A DNA stretch of 64,000 nt, taken from positions 66,278,001 through 66,342,000 of the forward strand of contig NC_043000.1 of NCBI RefSeq assembly GCF_006345805.1, given 5' to 3'. Positions 59,526 through 64,000 of this stretch are shown one piece after another. Made by a program: the position numbers and the translations under genes. This DNA comes from Octopus sinensis. Its lineage: Eukaryota. The notes under the pieces were generated by a model. It was not told the DNA's origin, searched no databases, and saw nothing but the letters and a program-made list of their open reading frames with translations. How positions within the stretch are numbered: position 1 is the stretch's first letter; each line of letters starts with the position of its first letter.

Positions 59526-62500
59526 TCAGCGGCACGGGGGCAACGAGGTCCGGGGTACTTTGGGGATTGGGGTATTTTGGGGATCCAGGGTACTTTGGGG
59601 ATCCGGGGTACTTTGGGGATCCGGGGTACTTAGAATGGGTAGGGGGGTACTTAGAATGGGTAGGGGGGTACTTAGAATGGGTAGGGGGGTACTTAGAATG
59701 GGTAGGGGGTATGTGGAATTGCTGCAGAAAGCAGCCCGGGTCTTTGTAGTCACAGCATATCTCCAGAGATCTCGGTCCTTCGCCATTGCCTCAGTGAGGC
59801 CCAATGCTCTGAGGTCATGCTTGACCACCTCATCCCATGTCTTCCTGGGTCTACCTCTCCCCCTGATACCTTCAACTGTTTGGGAGTGGCACTTCTTCAC
59901 ACATCTCTCTTCATCCATCCGCAGCACATGACCATACCATCGCAAGCGTCGCTCTTGCACACCACATCTGATGCTTCTTATATCCAGCATTTCTCTCAGG
60001 ATACTTACACTCTGTTTTGCGTGCACACTGACACTACACATCCAGCGGATCATGCTAGCTTCATTTCTTTCAAGTCTACGCATGTCTTCTGCAGTCACAG
60101 CCCATGTTTCATTACCGTGAAGCATGGCAGTTCGCACACATGCATCATATAATCTACCTTTTGCTCTGAGGAGAGCCTTTTGTTGCCAGTAGGGGTAGGA
60201 GCTTTCTGAACTTTGCCCAGGCTATTCGTATTCTAGTGGTGATACTCTCTGTGCATCCACCTCCGCTACTAACTTGGTCTCCCAGGTAGCGGAAACTATA
60301 CTCTACTTCTTCTTTTCTCTCCCTGGAGTGTGATGGAATCTGTTTTCTGAGTGTCTGTTGTGTCTATTGTCCCTGTGCATCTGCCGCACATGAAAGCTAT
60401 CTTATCTGTTAATTTCCCTTTAATGTTGCTGCACCTCTTATGTGTCCATAACTTACATTGGGTGCATCTTATGGAGTTTCTACCTGTACCTTTCCTACAG
60501 GTTGAGCAGGGCCACCTACCCGAGGGGATGTGTGTTGAGTACCTCTTGCTCTGCTTACTAATACTTTGGTCTTTGCTACATTTATTCTAAGGCCCTTTGA
60601 TTCCAACCCTTGCTTCCATACCCGAAATTTCTCTTCTAGTTCCGGTAGTGATTCTGCTATGAGAGCTAGGTCATCGGCATAGAGGAGCTCCCAGGGGCAT
60701 CCCGTTTTGAATTCCTCTGTTATTGCTTGAAGTACTATGATGAACAAAAGGGGACTGAGGGCTGAGCCCTGGTGCACACCTACTTCTACTCGGAATTCTT
60801 CACTATATTCGTTGCCAATCCTAACCTTGCTAACAGCCTCTCTGTATAGAGCCTGTACAGCCCTTATTAGCCATTCTTCAATCTCCAGTTTCCGCATCGA
60901 CCACCAGATAAGGGAACGGGGAACCCTGTCAAAGGCTTTCTCCAAGTCTACAAAAGCTATGTAGAGGGGTTTATCTTTAGCTAGGTACTTCTCCTGCAGT
61001 TGTCGGACCAGGAATATAGCATCAGTGGTGCTTCTACCTGGTACAAAACCGAACTGCATTTCATCTAAACAAATTCTCTCCCTAATGAGATTGGTTATGA
61101 CCTTCTCTGAGACCTTCATCACCTGGTCCAACAGTTTGATACCTCTGTAGTTATTTCTATCTAGAGCATCACCCTTACCCTTGTAGCAGTTGACTATGGT
61201 ACTGCTGCACCAGTCATTGGGTATGGCTCCATTGTGAACTACCTGGTTTACAATGCGGGTGACTATGGCATGGCCCACATAGCCAGCTGTTTTAAGCATC
61301 TCAGCAGTGATTCCTGATAGGCCAGGGGCTTTGCCTGGTTTCATATCCTTAATTGCCTTATCTACACGGGAGCTGTCTATTCGGGTAGCTGGTCCCTCTA
61401 CTGGGTCAACATTTGGCAGGCTCTCCTCCTCCCATTCATTCTCCTCATTTAGCAGTCTTTCATAATGGCTTCTCCAAGCCTCTTTCTTTTCACTAGTAGT
61501 AAAGCAAGTGCCCCATCATCCATGCGGACACATTTCTCTCCTATAACATCGCTATTTTCTCTGACACACTGTCTGGCAATCCGAAATACTTCAGCTCTTT
61601 GATCCTCGCGACGCTGGACATTGGCAAACTTCTTCTTTTCTGCTACATCTTTGGCAATGTATACCTGCCGCCCAGCCTCTTTTGGCTATCTGGTACAGTT
61701 CCCTGCTGCCCCCCTCCTTCCAGGCTTTCCAGGCTCGTCTCTTTTCACAGATGGCTTTATCTACTGCACTATTCCACCACCACGTAATTCTAGGTCTGGA
61801 AGGGACTTTGCACCATCCACAAACTTGGTCTGTGGCACTCAACAAGCTGTCCCGTAGGAATTCCCAGCTACCTTCTATGTCTGACATCTGAAGCTCCTCT
61901 TCCTCTCATCAAATTTCTTGATGAGTATGTCCCTAAATTTCTGACCATGCGAAGGGTTCTTTAGCCTCCAAATCCTTCTTTTCTGGATTGGTTTGTTTCT
62001 TGGAGTCCTTCTGGCCTCAAGCTTAAAGTCACTGATGATTAGTCTATGCTGAGGGATACATTCTTCACCCGGGAGGGACTTTGTATTCAAGAGCAACCCT
62101 GCATCCCGTTGTCTGGTGAGGATGAAGTCTATTTGGCTAGCGGAGTCTCCTGACTGATAAGTTATAAGGTGGCAGACTGGCTTCTTGAAGTTAGTGTTGC
62201 AGATTGAAAGGTTACATGCATCACAGAATTCCAGTAGTCTAGTTCCCTCATCGTTTCTGGTGCCAATACCATATCCACCATGTACCCCAGTGAAGATACC
62301 CGATTCCCGCCCAACATGCCCGTTAAAATCTCCACCTACAAAGATGAGGTCCTTGTTACTAGTCTTTGAAGTAGCCTGCAGAAGGGTATCATAAAAGTTG
62401 TCCTTCTGATCATTTGGTAGTCCCGCTTGTGGGGCATAGGCTGAGATAATCATAGCTGTGCCACTCTGTAGGACCAACCTGAGCTTAAGCACTCTATCAC

Positions 62501-62906
62501 AAACCCTGACAACCTCTATGACCTTATCCACCCATTCCTCCGCAAGGAGAATGCCTACACCCCCTACACCTTCCGCGTTACCTTGCCAGTAGAGTTTGTA
62601 TCTAAGTGCCTTGCCCGTGAGGACCCTAGCCGAAGCATCTCTCCATCTTACCTCTTGTATGCAGCATACATCAACCTGTCTTCTCTCTAGCATCTCTACA
62701 ATCTCACTAGACTTGCCTGTCAATGTACCAACATTGATAGTGCCAACTCTGAAAACTGGGAAGGAGATGTGGGGGGGACAGGGGGGATTCGGCGCCTGAG
62801 AAGAGGAGGGTTGTAGTGGTGGTGATAGTTTTCGTGGTATTTTTCTTTTGATCTCTCTTCCAACCTGACCACGCCGTGGGCAGGAGCTGGTGTTAGCAGT
62901 GGACAT
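59526..62906 (-). pseudogene. ORF2 APE-RT-PHD interrupted by small indels only
   Basis: Track ORFs 61875-62906, 61591-61887, 60469-61344 and 59526-60137 join after short indels; no nonsense substitutions seen in the bridging segments I translated. Confidence 0.8.
59551..59710. repeat. G-rich minisatellite: 18-bp unit x4 then 21-bp unit x4
   Basis: GGGGTACTTTGGGGATCC and GGGGTACTTAGAATGGGTAGG repeats. Confidence 0.9.
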
Positions 62907-63449
62907 TCGTTATCGTCACTGAGTAACGTAATTAGGTAGAGGAAAGAAATACAGATATTCTAGAGTTGAGTTGGGGAGGGGGGTCCAGTTGAGGCGGGTA
63001 ATATAGGGGAGCAACCAGTGGGGAAGGTTGGGGTAAGGAGGAACGATGGCAGGAAGGGTTGGTGTAGGTTCCTAAGAAATAAAAACGTAGGATATTACGA
63101 GGCGGGAGGGTACTAAAGGGGATGGTCGGATTGACGAGGCGGGAGGGTACTAAAAGGGGATGGTCGGATTGAGGCAGTGTCAGGAGGAAGCGTAAGATCG
63201 GTGGGCAGTTGATGAGCTATGGCGCTAGCAGCTTGTCTTAAGCATATGAGGAGAAGTGGTAGTGGGAGGAGGAGGAGGGAGTAGGGCGTACCCAGTGTAG
63301 ATGAGTAAGGTGTATCCGGTGTAGATAGAGAGAACGGGGTATACTGGTATTGGTGGTGGGGGGGGGTGAGAACAGTGTTCAACGGTATTGGTGGTGGGGG
63401 TGAGAACAGTGTTCAACGGTATTGGTGGTGGGGGTGGGGGGGCGGGCGC

Positions 63450-64000
63450 ACCGCCAATGACTGAAAGATGGGAAAAAGATGGGATTACCGGCTTGAGGCA
63501 GCCTGCGGTTAAATATGTAGAGAGAGAGATAGAAGATAAATCAAGTTATGGCGAAGGCTTGAAAGTATCCTAAAAAGGTTAAATTTTCGTAACAGTGTAT
63601 GAAAAAACGTATTAACAACGAATAAAAAATATAGTAAGATAATTTTTTAAGAACTTGCTGCGGTCATCGAGCGGGAGTTGAAATTGAAGAAGAGTAGTTT
63701 GAACTGGGAATTTAAATTGCAGAATCGTAATAGTAATAGTAATGGCGGTTTTCAAGTTTTAGCATATGAAGAAGAAGAGGAGGAAAAAGAAGACCGCCAA
63801 TGACTGAAAGATGGGAAAAAGATGGGATTACGGCTTGAGGCAGCCTGCGTTAAATATTGTAGAGAGAGAGATAGACGAGATAAATCAAGTTATGGCGAAG
63901 GCTTGAAAGTATCCTAAAAAGGTTAAATTTTCGTAACAGTGTATGAATAAACGTATTAACAACGAATAAAAAATATAGTAAGATAAATTTTTTAAGAACT
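63450..64000. repeat. About 206-bp direct repeat (63450-63655 and 63793-64000), 343-bp period
   Basis: ACCGCCAATGACTGAAAG...TTTTTTAAGAACT occurs twice with a few small indels. Confidence 0.95.

Larger units (their letters stand above)
59278..64000 (-). mobile_element. Near full-length RTE-clade LINE, 5' end probably outside the window
   Basis: ATG at 62906; complete APE (GTINVG, CCIQEVRW, ISAYAPQ, GGDFNGH, SQIDFIL, QHRLI), RT (YADD), PHD finger and RLRWYGH; (GAT)n tail at 59278; about 1.1 kb non-coding 5' region. Confidence 0.95.

Noticed and set aside
63113-63573. ORF1 candidates upstream of LINE ORF2
   Set aside because: Short, low-complexity translations of tandem repeats with no recognisable ORF1 domain.

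Overview
AT-rich, microsatellite- and transposon-dense animal genomic DNA; the repeat repertoire looks like a coleoid cephalopod (Octopus-like), which is my inference. One host gene is supported: the 5' part of a p90 ribosomal S6 kinase (RSK, RPS6KA3-like) on the + strand. It has five coding exons (15675-15734, 16377-16415, 45586-45699, 55982-56063, 58864-58944) that splice in frame to MPLAPLADPWKRM...[18 protein letters not shown]...[16 protein letters not shown]...HPFIVKLHY, and it continues past the window. The rest is mostly mobile DNA: three mariners plus fragments, an internally deleted Tc1, hAT- and piggyBac-type MITEs, a Helitron-like element, tRNA-derived SINEs, CR1-like, RLE-type and RTE LINEs, and a Penelope-like element (PLE). 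Main points of interest: (1) several unrelated minimal type-I hammerhead ribozyme motifs, including a tRNA-promoter/(AAT)n/hammerhead unit at 13.6-14.0 kb, the LTRs of the PLE at 32.1-33.8 kb, and a core-intact hammerhead inside a 93-bp inverted repeat at 48.7-48.95 kb; (2) a C4HC3 PHD finger inside the reverse transcriptase of two diverged RTE LINEs; (3) a near full-length RTE whose frameshifts are mostly run contractions and may be assembly errors; (4) a twin-priming-type inversion in another RTE copy. All structures were folded and aligned by eye; none has been computed or tested.
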